From an uncultured Verrucomicrobiota bacterium (GTDB taxonomy: Bacteria > Verrucomicrobiota > Kiritimatiellia > CAIQIC01 > Lenti-01): DNA of 64,000 bases. Position 1 is the first letter of the stretch; each line of letters begins with the position of its first letter. The stretch covers positions 21,881 through 85,880 of the forward strand of contig CALMBO010000028.1 in the NCBI GenBank assembly GCA_937860055.1. Reading direction: 5' to 3'. Position numbers and translations under genes: made by a program. Shown here piece by piece: positions 1-9,944 of the stretch. Under the pieces are notes generated by a model. That model saw only the letters and a program-made list of their open reading frames with translations. It was not told where the DNA came from and searched no databases.

Positions 1-353
1 AAGGCGAACAATCCTGTGGGGGTGATCGAGCACACCCCCATGAAAAGCGGGGAATGCGCCGCCGACGCGTCAAACAGCCGCCGGCACCACGCGCGTTCTT
101 CCGGCAGGCGCCGCCACCCCGCCGAATGTTGCGGAGGAATCGCCATCGCCTGCCATGTGACCCGGGAAACAAAGCGGGAATCGTGCCGTTCCAAAATCTG
201 CCTCACCCATTCGAGATGCCCCTCCTCCCCCAGGAAGATCACGGGCGACCGTGGATAGGCGCACAACACCGTGTCCAGAAAAGCCGCGTTGAACAGCGCA
301 TGCTCGAAGCCCCGGCATTGGGGCTCGCACAGGATGACGGGGCGGTCCGTCAC
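1..353 (-). CDS. partial ORF (N-terminal part; runs off window start); hypothetical protein
   Basis: Reverse-strand frame from ~353 (possible GTG start) to position 1 has no stop codon (translation ...DRPVILCEPQCRGFEHALFNAAFLDTVLCAYPRSPVIFLGEEGHLEWVRQIL...). Not in the ORF track because it has no in-window stop. Function unknown. Confidence 0.3.
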   Translation of the reverse strand, partial: MTDRPVILCEPQCRGFEHALFNAAFLDTVLCAYPRSPVIFLGEEGHLEWVRQILERHDSRFVSRVTWQAMAIPPQHSAGWRRLPEERAWCRRLFDASAAHSPLFMGVCSITPTGLFA

Positions 354-1462
354 GGCGATCGGCCCGTTCCTTCGCGCAGGCGTTCCAAGGCCTCCAGGTA
401 TGTCTCGGCCGCCTTGTCCCATTGGAAGCGGGCCGCCTGCCTCAATCCCCGCTCCTTCCGGTCGCGGCGGAGGCCATCGTCCTGTTCCAAGGCGACCAAT
501 GCGCGGGCGAAATCGCCGGAGTCGTCAGGGTCGACATAGACCGCGGCGTCGCCGCAGACTTCGGGAAGCGAGGTTCCGCGCGTGGTGATGACGGGACAGC
601 CCAGGGCCATGGCTTCCAGCGGAGGAAGACCGAACCCCTCGAATTTCGATGGATAGACCAGGGCCCGGGCCCCGGCCAGCAGGGTCGCCAGCATTTCGTC
701 GCTGACATATCCCCTCTCTTCCACGAGCCCTTCCGCCACCGCTTCCTCCACCTGTTTCCGGAAAGCGGCGGAGAAATACTCCCGGCTCCCCGTCAGGACA
801 AGCCGGCCGGAGAGTTTTCCGGCCCGGCGCAGGCCGGTGAAGACATCCAGCAGCCGGTCCACCCCCTTGCGGGGATGATAGCCTCCCACATAGAGGAAAT
901 AGGAATGATCCGAGGCGCCCGCTTCCGGCCCAACCCCTTGGGCCATCTGCAAGGTGGGCCCGGGATGCACAACCAGCGGTTCGGCGGCCAGCGAGAAGTT
1001 CTGCAAAATTCTTTTCTTGGAATACTCCGAGTCCGTTATCAGCAAATCCGTCCGGTCCAGGTCCCGCTGCTTCTGCCTCCGGTACGCCCTTTCCTCCCCT
1101 TCCCCCTGGAAGTATCCCGGGATCTCGAGCGGAAGGACATCATGCAGCGTGACGACCACGCGGATGCGCCCCAGCCCCCGGGGAACGCCGCCGTTCCACG
1201 GAAAATGGATCGCGTCCGGCCTCGCACGGGCCGCATAAAGCGGAAGGGCCCATTGCCGTCCAAAACGGGCGGGAAAACCGCGGGTTGCCCAAGGAACCGA
1301 ACGGAATCCCGCCGGCAGGCGGACCTGCAACGGCTGATGGTGGAGCATCTGGATGTCCAGCGACGGATCGCGCTTCCGGCACGCCTCGTACAGCCCCAGC
1401 GTCACCTTGGCGATCCCGGTCGGCGGGATCTGGAAAACCGAGGCGTCCAAGGCGATCTTCAT
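350..1462 (-). CDS. glycosyltransferase family 1 (GT4-type)
   Basis: C-terminal EGFGLPPLEAMALGCPVITT motif typical of GT-B/GT4 enzymes. Start set at internal MKIALDASV (ATG at 1462), which gives an ATGA overlap with the next gene; the annotated upstream extension would overlap the neighbour by 250 bp. Confidence 0.8.
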   Translation of the reverse strand: MKIALDASVFQIPPTGIAKVTLGLYEACRKRDPSLDIQMLHHQPLQVRLPAGFRSVPWATRGFPARFGRQWALPLYAARARPDAIHFPWNGGVPRGLGRIRVVVTLHDVLPLEIPGYFQGEGEERAYRRQKQRDLDRTDLLITDSEYSKKRILQNFSLAAEPLVVHPGPTLQMAQGVGPEAGASDHSYFLYVGGYHPRKGVDRLLDVFTGLRRAGKLSGRLVLTGSREYFSAAFRKQVEEAVAEGLVEERGYVSDEMLATLLAGARALVYPSKFEGFGLPPLEAMALGCPVITTRGTSLPEVCGDAAVYVDPDDSGDFARALVALEQDDGLRRDRKERGLRQAARFQWDKAAETYLEALERLREGTGRSP

Positions 1463-2184
1463 GCCGTCCGCCTCGTCGCCACCACGAAGTAGTTCCGCGG
1501 CAGCAGGCGCCCCCAGAAACCGGGGCCGGTCGCCATAAAGAATCTCCGGCTGCCCTCCAAAAGCCGGCTCATGATCCGCATTCGCCAGCCGCCGGACAGG
1601 ATGCGCCCCGTGGAGCCCTCGATCTTCATTCTCGTCCCGAACAGCCACGTGTGGGCCAGGAAGTAATGGGGCTGCGTCGGCAGGATCACCTCGGCCGCCA
1701 AGCCGCACCCGGACAGCAGCCGCTCCAGGTCCGCCCGGCTGAACTCGCGCACATGCCCATGCGGCTCATCCCTCATGTATGCCGGGTTCAGCCGCTTCAG
1801 CCAGCGCTCGGAGCATCGGGTGGGAACCGTGATGACCATCCGGCCGCCGGGAGACAGCTGGCGCGCCAAGGCCGCCAGAACGGCTTCGGCGTCCACCAGA
1901 TGTTCCAGCACTTCCTGGCACAGGATCACATCGTACGGGCCGGGCAGACGGTCGATCCCGCCGGCCGACAGCGGGAAGAGCTCCGTCGATGTCTGGACGC
2001 CGGTTTTTGCATTCTCCGCCTTTTGCCACTCCAGCACGGAGGTGTCGCAATCGACATAGGTGATCTCCCGTGCGCCGGTAGTGGCGGCGGCGGTCCGGCC
2101 GAACGACGAATATCCCGGCCCTACGTCGAGGATCCGCGCCGCGGAAAATCCCTTCAAATGCCAGGTGAGCAATCCGTCGATCAT
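1459..2184 (-). CDS. class I SAM-dependent methyltransferase
   Basis: ILDVGPGYSSF glycine-rich SAM motif, DVILCQEVLEHLVD motif II region, GGRMVITVP. Confidence 0.75.
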   Translation of the reverse strand: MIDGLLTWHLKGFSAARILDVGPGYSSFGRTAAATTGAREITYVDCDTSVLEWQKAENAKTGVQTSTELFPLSAGGIDRLPGPYDVILCQEVLEHLVDAEAVLAALARQLSPGGRMVITVPTRCSERWLKRLNPAYMRDEPHGHVREFSRADLERLLSGCGLAAEVILPTQPHYFLAHTWLFGTRMKIEGSTGRILSGGWRMRIMSRLLEGSRRFFMATGPGFWGRLLPRNYFVVATRRTA

Positions 2185-2187
2185 GGC

Positions 2188-2991
2188 TCACGGATTCCGG
2201 GTGAGATACGCGGCCGCCAGGCCCCCGGCTCCGCCGTTGCATTGATCGTAGTATCCGACATGTTCCAGTTCCACGGCCGGCGCCCCGGTCCACCCCTGCC
2301 CGAACGTATGGCGGAAAAAATGCTCATGGATCCGGCAATCCGCCCGGACATTGTCCAGAAGACGCGCCCAATCCTGCTGGCCGAAGTTGATGAACCAGCC
2401 ATGGTCCTCATGCTTGCCGAACGGAACCGTGACCAGGATGCTCCCTCCGCGCCGGACCACGCGGAACATCTCCCGCAGCGCCTTGGCCATCATTTCCTGC
2501 CCGACCTTGAATTCCTTGGTATAGGCGGAATTGTCCATCCCGATGTGCTCCAGCGCGGAGATGCACCACACGAGGTCGAAGCTCTCGTCGGCCAAGGGAC
2601 AGGCCGTCATGTCGCCCATGACGGAATTCCGGTAGTACGGCCGCGTGTCGTATGTCGGGGCGGCGATGTCCATCCCGGTGATGTTCCGGGGTTGTTCCAG
2701 GGAACGGACCATCTCCAGATGGCACCGCATGGCGTTGGCATGGCCGACGTCCAGGATCTCGGAGCCGGGACGGTACGAAGTCCTGGCCAAAAGCAGCTCG
2801 ACCGTCCGCTCCGGCAGCCCCTTCCCATAGTTTTCCCGCAAATGGAGTCGTTCGGGAAAATCCGGCTGCGCCAGGAGAGCGGCGCGCGCGAGCTCCCCCG
2901 ATATGCGTTCCTGCAGGGCATCCGCCGCGGAGGGGCGGAAAAACTTTTGCGCCCCCTGGATCCCGGCCTTCAGCTTGTTCATCACGGACAT
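2188..2991 (-). CDS. class I SAM-dependent methyltransferase
   Basis: ILDVGHANA...FDLVWCISALEHIG...GGSILVTVPFGK motifs. Start trimmed to internal MSVMNKL to avoid overlap with the upstream methyltransferase. Confidence 0.7.
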   Translation of the reverse strand: MSVMNKLKAGIQGAQKFFRPSAADALQERISGELARAALLAQPDFPERLHLRENYGKGLPERTVELLLARTSYRPGSEILDVGHANAMRCHLEMVRSLEQPRNITGMDIAAPTYDTRPYYRNSVMGDMTACPLADESFDLVWCISALEHIGMDNSAYTKEFKVGQEMMAKALREMFRVVRRGGSILVTVPFGKHEDHGWFINFGQQDWARLLDNVRADCRIHEHFFRHTFGQGWTGAPAVELEHVGYYDQCNGGAGGLAAAYLTRNP

Positions 2992-3061
2992 TCGACATCC
3001 CAGGTTTGTTCTGCCACGGGGGACTCCCGCCCGGCCAACGACGGACACGGGGCGGGCCCCT

Positions 3062-3817
3062 TCAATCTTTCGCCTTCTCGATGACAAGGACGGAAACCGC
3101 TCCCATCCAGCACCGCCGGCTATGCCGCTCCAGCGTTTCCAGCCGCAAGAGCTTCAACACCCTCCGGAGGGCCGGGATCCATCGCCATCCCAATATGGGA
3201 TTAAACGCATAGGTCACCGTCCTGTCCAGCCCGATATGTTCGCACATCCGCCGGAGGCGCCGGGGACTCATGTCATCCTCGAAGCCGTAGGGCCACGTCC
3301 CCCGCCATTTCTGCCAGGCCTGGACCCATTGGAACGGCCAGCACCATGCATTGGGAACCAGGATGACGACGACACCGCCGGGCTTGGCCATGCGCCACAT
3401 CTCCCGGATCAGCTTCCTCTTCCCGTCGTCGTCGAAGTGCTCGATCACGCCGCCGTTCCAGACGACATCGAACGCGCCGGACGGCACATGGTTGTCGAGG
3501 GCGTCCTCGTTGTAGCAACGGGGTTCGGCCAGGCCCGCCTGCGCAAAGGCCGCGCGGGCCACGTTCAGCGCTTCGCCCGAGATGTCCAGCAGGGCGCATT
3601 CGGCGCCGGTTTCGGCCAGCAGCACCGAGGTGAAGCCGCTCCCGCAGCCCACTTCGATGATCCGCTTGCCGCGGGGATCGCCCGAATGGGCCAGGATGAC
3701 CTCGAAATTGGCCCGGTTCTCGGGCCCGGCCCAGTAGTCGTCCCGCGTGTATCTCCGGGCAACGGCATCCCAGACGGAAACGACATCCTTGGCTTGGTGC
3801 GCATTGACTTCGCTCAT
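3062..3817 (-). CDS. class I SAM-dependent methyltransferase
   Basis: IIEVGCGSGFTS...FDVVWNGGVIEHFDD...GGVVVILVPN motifs. Start taken at MSEVNAHQ. Confidence 0.75.
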   Translation of the reverse strand: MSEVNAHQAKDVVSVWDAVARRYTRDDYWAGPENRANFEVILAHSGDPRGKRIIEVGCGSGFTSVLLAETGAECALLDISGEALNVARAAFAQAGLAEPRCYNEDALDNHVPSGAFDVVWNGGVIEHFDDDGKRKLIREMWRMAKPGGVVVILVPNAWCWPFQWVQAWQKWRGTWPYGFEDDMSPRRLRRMCEHIGLDRTVTYAFNPILGWRWIPALRRVLKLLRLETLERHSRRCWMGAVSVLVIEKAKD

Positions 3818-3830
3818 TCCGCGGATTTCC

Positions 3831-5186
3831 TCATTTTGCGGCGGACATTCTCCGCCAGATAATGGCCCCCACCACCATGAATCCGATCGCATCGTTGACG
3901 ATCAGGGCAAACGCGGACGCGGCGGGGCCGTGCCGGGGCAGGAGCCACACGTTCAGGGCGACCACGATCGCCAACTGCGCGAGATTGATCAGCCAATAGA
4001 TGCGGGCCAGGCCGAAGCTGTAGCCCACCACGCCGATCGGACAGATCAACAGCGAAAAACAATACCGCAGGCAGAGAAGCTGACCGATGAACACGCTGGC
4101 CTCGTACTGGGCCCCGAACAGCAGCGGGGCGAACAAGGGGACGAACAGCGCATAAAGCACGCCTCCGCAGGCCACCAGGAAGCTCAGCCGGAACGTCTTT
4201 TTCAGCAGGGCCCGCGCCGCCGGGAGGTTGTCGAGCGCCGACGCCCGGGGCCACAGCGCCATGTTCAGCGCGTTGAGCACGATGGACAGAGGCAGGGCGA
4301 AGCGGGTCGCCGCATTGTAGATCCCCACCTGGCTCTCATCCAGATAGGCGCCCATCAGCCAGATGTCCGCGCGGACGATGAGGATCACCAGGATCGAGGA
4401 CAGCAGCATGAAGAACGCGAACCGCCCCGGCTCGGTCGCATCCAGCGCATTGGACATGGCGCCATCCAGGCGGGGGCTCCTCCACAAGGCCTTTGCATCG
4501 CCCGGAAACATCCGCTTCAGCTCCGCGGCGGACCATAGCGCAGCCCGGGGAACCAGCAGCAGGGATGCCGCGGCGCAGATCCCGGAGGCGATCAGTCCCA
4601 CCACGACCACCGAAGCCACGGACCAGTGCTTCCAGAATGCCAGTCCGAGGATTCCTGCGAAGAAAATCAGCGCCTGGGCGGTCAGGAGGGAGGCATTGAT
4701 CCCGAACCGCTTGAGCGATTGGAAATAGATGGACGGAACGGAGGACAGGGCGATGAAGACGCCGCTCAGCAGCCCCAGGCGCAGGAAGGCCGTCAGGTCT
4801 TCGGCATGCCAGACCCGCCGGGCAAGCCACGGCGACAGGAAATAGAAAAGCACCGTGAAAACAAGCACCAGGATCACCCGCCGGCGGAACGCCCAGCGCG
4901 AAACCGCCATCTGGCCCTCGGAATCCCCCTGCGCGTCGGCCCGCGAAATATAGCGGATGGCCGTTTGGCCGATCCCCATGTCCGACAGTTGGGCGGAAGT
5001 TTCCGCGAGGCTTTGCACCAAGGCGACCTGCCCCAGGCCGGCGGGACCCAGCCCGCGCGCCATCAGCACGGAGGTAACGAAGCCCGTCGCCACCCGTATG
5101 CCTTGCGGGATCATCGAGACCACCACGTCCCGGATCCCCTTTTTCGACCCCGCCACGGTCGTTGCCAGCCACTTGAACGCGTTCAT
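3831..5186 (-). CDS. polysaccharide/O-unit flippase (Wzx-like, MOP superfamily) membrane protein
   Basis: ~450-aa polytopic membrane protein; N-terminal region matches Wzx/polysaccharide biosynthesis protein family; located in a glycan cluster next to wecB. Confidence 0.65.
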   Translation of the reverse strand: MNAFKWLATTVAGSKKGIRDVVVSMIPQGIRVATGFVTSVLMARGLGPAGLGQVALVQSLAETSAQLSDMGIGQTAIRYISRADAQGDSEGQMAVSRWAFRRRVILVLVFTVLFYFLSPWLARRVWHAEDLTAFLRLGLLSGVFIALSSVPSIYFQSLKRFGINASLLTAQALIFFAGILGLAFWKHWSVASVVVVGLIASGICAAASLLLVPRAALWSAAELKRMFPGDAKALWRSPRLDGAMSNALDATEPGRFAFFMLLSSILVILIVRADIWLMGAYLDESQVGIYNAATRFALPLSIVLNALNMALWPRASALDNLPAARALLKKTFRLSFLVACGGVLYALFVPLFAPLLFGAQYEASVFIGQLLCLRYCFSLLICPIGVVGYSFGLARIYWLINLAQLAIVVALNVWLLPRHGPAASAFALIVNDAIGFMVVGAIIWRRMSAAK

Positions 5187-5208
5187 GGATGAGGCGGTTT
5201 GCGGGACA

Positions 5209-6348
5209 TCACCGCGCGGCATTTCCGAGGATGGCCTGCCCGATCCTCGGGGCGGCATGCCCGTCGCCATAGGGATTCCGCGCGCGCGCCATCCGGGCGT
5301 ATGCGGCAGGATCGCCGGCGAGCTTCCGGATCCAGCGCAGGATCGCCTGCCCGTCCGTCCCCACCAGCCGAGCGTTCCCCGTGCGGATCCCCTCGGGACG
5401 TTCCGTCGTGTTTCGAGTCACCAGCACCGGAACGCCGAAGGTCGGCGCCTCCTCCTGGATGCCGCCGGAATCCGTCACGACCAGCCAGGCCCGCTTCAAC
5501 AAGGCCACCATCACCGGATAGTCCACCGGCGGCACCAGGAAAATCCCCGGATGTCCGCCCAGCAGGCGATGGACCGGCGCCTTCACGTTCGGATTCAGGT
5601 GCACCGGATAGACGAAATCCAGCTCCGGCAACGCCTCCGCCGCCGCCTTCAGGGCCAAACATATCTGCTCCAGGCCGCCACCGAAGTTCTCGCGGCGGTG
5701 CCCCGTCACCAGCACCAGCTTCCGGCCTCTGGCCGGTGGCGGAATCCCGGCCGGCATCTCCGGCGGATTCCGGCGGATCTTCCGGGCGGCCCACAGCAAG
5801 GCGTCGGTCACCGTGTTTCCGGTCCGGACGATGGCGCCCACGGGCACGCCTTCCCGGCGCAGGTTCCGGACGGCGAGATCGGTCGGCGCAAAATGGAGAT
5901 CGGCCAGCACGCCGACCAGCCGGCGGTTGATTTCCTCCGGGAATGGCGAGTACTTGTTGTTCGTCCGCAGGCCGGCCTCCACGTGCGCGACGCGGATCTT
6001 CCGGTAGTAGGCGGCCAGGCCGGCCGCCATGGCGGTGGTGGTGTCGCCCTGGACAACGACCCAGTCCGGCCGTTCAACCTCCAGCACCCGGTCCAGGCCG
6101 GACAGGATCCGGCCGGTCAACTCGCACAATTTCTGGTCCGGCCGCATGACATCCAGGTCATGCGCCGGAGAAAGGCCGAAGAACTCCAGCATCGGTTCCA
6201 GCATTTCCCGATGCTGGGAAGTGGTGACCAGCACGCAACGAAATTCCCGGTGGTGGTTCAGTTCCAGCACCACGGGAGCCAGCTTGATGGCCTCCGGCCG
6301 GGTGCCCATCACGACCAATACTTTTTGAGCCTGTTTCCTGGTTTTCAT
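5209..6348 (-). CDS. wecB: UDP-N-acetylglucosamine 2-epimerase (non-hydrolysing)
   Basis: MKTRKQAQKVLVVMGTRPEAIKLAPVV... N-terminus and overall length typical of WecB/MnaA epimerases. Confidence 0.85.
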   Translation of the reverse strand: MKTRKQAQKVLVVMGTRPEAIKLAPVVLELNHHREFRCVLVTTSQHREMLEPMLEFFGLSPAHDLDVMRPDQKLCELTGRILSGLDRVLEVERPDWVVVQGDTTTAMAAGLAAYYRKIRVAHVEAGLRTNNKYSPFPEEINRRLVGVLADLHFAPTDLAVRNLRREGVPVGAIVRTGNTVTDALLWAARKIRRNPPEMPAGIPPPARGRKLVLVTGHRRENFGGGLEQICLALKAAAEALPELDFVYPVHLNPNVKAPVHRLLGGHPGIFLVPPVDYPVMVALLKRAWLVVTDSGGIQEEAPTFGVPVLVTRNTTERPEGIRTGNARLVGTDGQAILRWIRKLAGDPAAYARMARARNPYGDGHAAPRIGQAILGNAAR

Positions 6349-7784
6349 CTTCCTGCCCGACTGGCTTCAATGTATCCGGCCCATCCCTTGGGAGCAAGCG
6401 CGGCCGGAAACGGAGGCTGGAAATCCGGAAAGGCGGGCGGCGCCCCGCCTACCCGCCAGCGCATGTCGTCGCCGGCATGCTGAAGCAGCGGGATCCGGGC
6501 GGGGTCGAACCCCAGCAGGCGCGCGCCCAGGAAATCGCCGACCACCGGATTGCGCACCGCGAAGACCGCGCCCGTGGCGAGCGGATCGGGAGCCAGCGGT
6601 CCTTCGCCCTGCCCGGCCACGACCGCATCCACGATGGAAATCTCCTCCCGCTGCGGCGCCTCCTGCATCCGTCCGCCCGTGTCCGCATAGAGCAGCGCGC
6701 GGTTCAGGTCGAGGCAGGTGCGCCAGATGGTGTCGTTGCCGTGCCAGCTCCCGTCGATCTGGACGGAGGGATCCTCCTTCGCCGCCACCGCCATCAGCCA
6801 CCACACCACGCGCTCGCAGAAACGGTAGAGGCGCGGAAACCCCCGGATCCGGTTGGCCCCGTCCAGCAGCGCCTCCCCCAGCGCCATCTGCCAGTGCGCA
6901 TGTTCGTAGTTGTCGCCCGCCCCGCCGTCGGCCCCGCCCTTGCGGTGGTGCGGCAGATATTCCTTGTTGCCGTTGATGCCGATCAGGTTCTTCAGGCAGC
7001 AGGTGATCCCCGCCTTCTTGTGAGCCTTGAGCTTGGGCACGTTCACCACCAGATCGGCCTCCAGAATCTCCCGCGCGACCAGATACCGGTGGCGGCCCGG
7101 GCGATGGTGCGCCCGCATCTTCCGGGGATCGTAGACCGTCACCCGGAACTTTTTCCAATCCCGTGAAATGGGTTCCAGCAGGCTGTCCGCCCCCAGATCC
7201 ACCTGTGCATATTCCGATTCCGGACGCAGCTCCTCGTCCACCCGCTTCAGCCCGCCCTCTTCCTTCATCACGGTGCGCCGGAAGTCCTTCACGGCCAGCG
7301 GCAGCCCCCGGGCCAGGAAACCGTCGACCACCGCGCGCAGCCCGCCGGAATCCAGCAGGCGTTCGAAATCGCATCCCTGGATGGGCGCATCGCCCAGCAC
7401 CACCTGCGCGGGTTTCGCCAGAAAGACGTATTCCAGCACGGCGCGCAGCACCGACGGGTGCGTGATCATGCAATCCATTCCGCCGCCGCCCATATTGGCA
7501 TGGAAGACCCAGTTGGGCTTCACCACGATCCTGCCGCCGGGCTTCACCAGGTCGCCCAGCGGATTCCATGCCGGCGTGCCGAAGCGCGAAGCATCGCGCC
7601 CCAGGTCCCGCAACGCTTCGCGAACCAGCCGGAAAACCGGGTTCGGCTCCGCGCCGACGGCCAGGGACGGGAATTCGGGAAGCGCCTCGTCCGGCGCATA
7701 GGGCGCGGCGGAACCCGGCGGATACTCCGCCGGGCCCCTCATGCGAGCCAACGCCCACGCCACAGATTGAACGATGCCGGACAA
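6345..7784 (-). CDS. DUF362 domain protein (glycan-cluster associated)
   Basis: RIVVKPNWVFHAN...ITHPSVLRAVLEYV signature of DUF362; 4-bp overlap with wecB start. Confidence 0.55.
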   Translation of the reverse strand: MSGIVQSVAWALARMRGPAEYPPGSAAPYAPDEALPEFPSLAVGAEPNPVFRLVREALRDLGRDASRFGTPAWNPLGDLVKPGGRIVVKPNWVFHANMGGGGMDCMITHPSVLRAVLEYVFLAKPAQVVLGDAPIQGCDFERLLDSGGLRAVVDGFLARGLPLAVKDFRRTVMKEEGGLKRVDEELRPESEYAQVDLGADSLLEPISRDWKKFRVTVYDPRKMRAHHRPGRHRYLVAREILEADLVVNVPKLKAHKKAGITCCLKNLIGINGNKEYLPHHRKGGADGGAGDNYEHAHWQMALGEALLDGANRIRGFPRLYRFCERVVWWLMAVAAKEDPSVQIDGSWHGNDTIWRTCLDLNRALLYADTGGRMQEAPQREEISIVDAVVAGQGEGPLAPDPLATGAVFAVRNPVVGDFLGARLLGFDPARIPLLQHAGDDMRWRVGGAPPAFPDFQPPFPAALAPKGWAGYIEASRAGR

Positions 7785-7794
7785 AGCCCGATCC

Positions 7795-8310
7795 TCAACC
7801 CAAGGCGGCCAGCGCCGCGGCGTAGTCGGGTTCGTGGGTCAGCTCGGACACGAGCTGGCTGTGCTTCACGACGCTGTTCTCGTCGAGAACGATCACCGCG
7901 CGGGCCTGCAACCCCATCAGCGCGTGCTCCACGATCAGCGTGCCGTAGTCCATCCCGAACTCCGGCGAGCGGAACGTGGAGAGGAACTTCCCGTTCGGCG
8001 CCTTCAGCGTCGAACAAAAGCGCGCCTGCGCAAACGGCAGGTCGGCCGAAACCGTCAGCACCACCACATCGGGGCGTTTCGCGACCTCCTCGTTGAATTT
8101 CCTGGCGGAAAGCTGGCAAACGGGCGTATCCAGCGAAGGCACGATGTTCAGGATCTTCTTCTTGCCGGGAAAATCCCCGAGGGCCCAATCCTTGAACTCC
8201 TGGTCGGCCAGATGCAGGGCGGGAGCCACGCTCCCGACGGCGGGCAACCGGTGGAAGGTATGCGCCGGCTTCCCGCGGATGGTGAAGGCCTGGGGTTCGA
8301 GTTCGCTCAT
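7795..8310 (-). CDS. tpx: thiol peroxidase (atypical 2-Cys peroxiredoxin)
   Basis: ILNIVPSLDTPVC peroxidatic Cys motif and a second Cys ~35 aa downstream; length ~170 aa. Confidence 0.8.
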   Translation of the reverse strand: MSELEPQAFTIRGKPAHTFHRLPAVGSVAPALHLADQEFKDWALGDFPGKKKILNIVPSLDTPVCQLSARKFNEEVAKRPDVVVLTVSADLPFAQARFCSTLKAPNGKFLSTFRSPEFGMDYGTLIVEHALMGLQARAVIVLDENSVVKHSQLVSELTHEPDYAAALAALG

Positions 8311-8326
8311 CTCCGGTTCCTTTCGG

Positions 8327-9064
8327 TCAGAGCCAAGCATACTGCAAGGAGGACAAAATGAAAAGCGCCGCCGTCTCGACGCGGAACACGATGGGCCCGA
8401 ACGTGACCGGCCGCACTCCGGCCGCCAGCAGCGCGGAAACCTCCGCGGCGCTGAAATCCCCCTCCGGCCCGATGAACATCGCGATCTGCGGGCAGTTCTC
8501 CTTGCGCAGCCGGCCGAAGAAATCCGGCAGCGGGACGGCGCCCTCCTGCAACGCGCCGAAGCAGGCGGCCCCCGGCCGCCCCGCCAGCGCGGACAACGCC
8601 TCCGGCAGTTTCCGCACCGGCTCGATCTTCGGCATCCAGGGGTTTCCGCTCTGCTTGCACGCGCCCAGCGCGATGGCCTGCCAGCGCGCCGCCTTCTTCT
8701 CCGCCTCTTCGGGCCGGATGCGCACCACGGCCTGGTCGGTCTGCAGCGGCCAGATTTCGTGCACGCCCAGTTCCACCGCCTTCTGGATCAGCCAGTCCAT
8801 CCTCTGCTCGCGCACCAGCGCCTGCGCCAGGATCCTCCGCGGCGCGAACGGCGCCACCGACGTCCGAGACAGGATGCGGAGCGACGTGCGCTTCTTGTGC
8901 GGCGCAACCACCTCCGCCTCTCCCAGACGCCCCTCCCCGTCCAGGATCCCGATGTGGTCGCCCGCCTGGGCGCGCATCACGGAAGCCAGATGCTTCGATT
9001 CCGATTCATCCAGCTCGGCCAGGTCGGCCGCCCATCGGCCGGCAGGCAAATAGCAACGGATCAT
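8327..9064 (-). CDS. rsmE: 16S rRNA (uracil1498-N3)-methyltransferase
   Basis: MIRCYLPAG...AEVVAPHKKRTSLRIL...FIGPEGDFSAAEV...GPIVFRVETAAL motifs of RsmE (245 aa). ATG confirmed at 9062-9064. Confidence 0.8.
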   Translation of the reverse strand: MIRCYLPAGRWAADLAELDESESKHLASVMRAQAGDHIGILDGEGRLGEAEVVAPHKKRTSLRILSRTSVAPFAPRRILAQALVREQRMDWLIQKAVELGVHEIWPLQTDQAVVRIRPEEAEKKAARWQAIALGACKQSGNPWMPKIEPVRKLPEALSALAGRPGAACFGALQEGAVPLPDFFGRLRKENCPQIAMFIGPEGDFSAAEVSALLAAGVRPVTFGPIVFRVETAALFILSSLQYAWL

Positions 9065-9153
9065 CGATGGACTCCTTCCGGAAAAAGCCGAAGGCACGTT
9101 CGCGGATGCGAACGTGCCTTGCGGATGACCAGCCTCATCGGCGGAGGATCGGC

Positions 9154-9795
9154 CTAGAAGAGGAATTTCGCGCCGAGGCGGACATAGCCGCCTTCGAATT
9201 CCGCATCGCGGACGGAACGGCCCGCATATTCCGTGTCGCCGCTCATGACATCCATCTGGTATCCGAGGCCGCCCAGCACATAGAGGTTCTCGGTCACCAT
9301 GTACTCGTATTCGGCGCCGATGTTCCACAGGATGGCCCCGTCGATATCCACGTCCTGGGTTTCCTGGGCCGTCTCCTCGTTGTTGTAGACGGTCACGCCG
9401 GAATCCACGAACACGTATTGCAGCCCCGTCTCGAGGATCAGGTTCCAGTTGTCCCAATCAATCATGTTGAAGTAGAGCGAAGCGCCGACGGGGATCAGCG
9501 TCGCATCGCCGTCGTAGTCGCTCAGCTTGTCGTACTTGAAGGCGTCCGAATCGTTGTCCACCTGCCACTGGGACACGCCGAGGCTGATGCCCGCGCCCCA
9601 CGGGAAGCTGAACCACTCGCGGTAGGAAACCAATGCGCCATAGCCGGCCTTGAACAGATCGCAATCGGCGGAATCGGGGAAGAAGAACTGGCCCGAAACC
9701 GTCAGCTCGCCCGGCTCTTCGCTGAGCATGCCGCCCATCGCCACACCCGCGCCCAGCAGGGCCGCGAACAGGAACAAAACCGCCTTTTTCATCAT
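9154..9795 (-). CDS. outer-membrane beta-barrel protein (OmpW/porin-like), secreted
   Basis: Signal peptide MMKKAVLFLFAALLGAGVA; alternating amphipathic strands; C-terminal aromatic residue (…GAKFLF). Confidence 0.55.
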   Translation of the reverse strand: MMKKAVLFLFAALLGAGVAMGGMLSEEPGELTVSGQFFFPDSADCDLFKAGYGALVSYREWFSFPWGAGISLGVSQWQVDNDSDAFKYDKLSDYDGDATLIPVGASLYFNMIDWDNWNLILETGLQYVFVDSGVTVYNNEETAQETQDVDIDGAILWNIGAEYEYMVTENLYVLGGLGYQMDVMSGDTEYAGRSVRDAEFEGGYVRLGAKFLF

Positions 9796-9944
9796 TTTCT
9801 GCCTCTTCCTTTTAAGATTGAAAACGTTCGGAATCTACCCCAACCCCCCGGGCTTTGTAAAGCGCGCGCAAGCTTTCCGGCGGGGAAACCGCCGGAGGCA
9901 TGCACCCCCGCCGCCCATCCATGCCGTGGAAAACCCGCCGGCCG

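Noticed and set aside
6367-7758. 463-aa alternate-frame ORF within the DUF362 gene and 5183-5930 ORFs within wecB
   Set aside because: Same-strand and opposite-strand alternative frames with Gly/Arg/Pro-rich composition; real genes in these intervals have recognisable family motifs.
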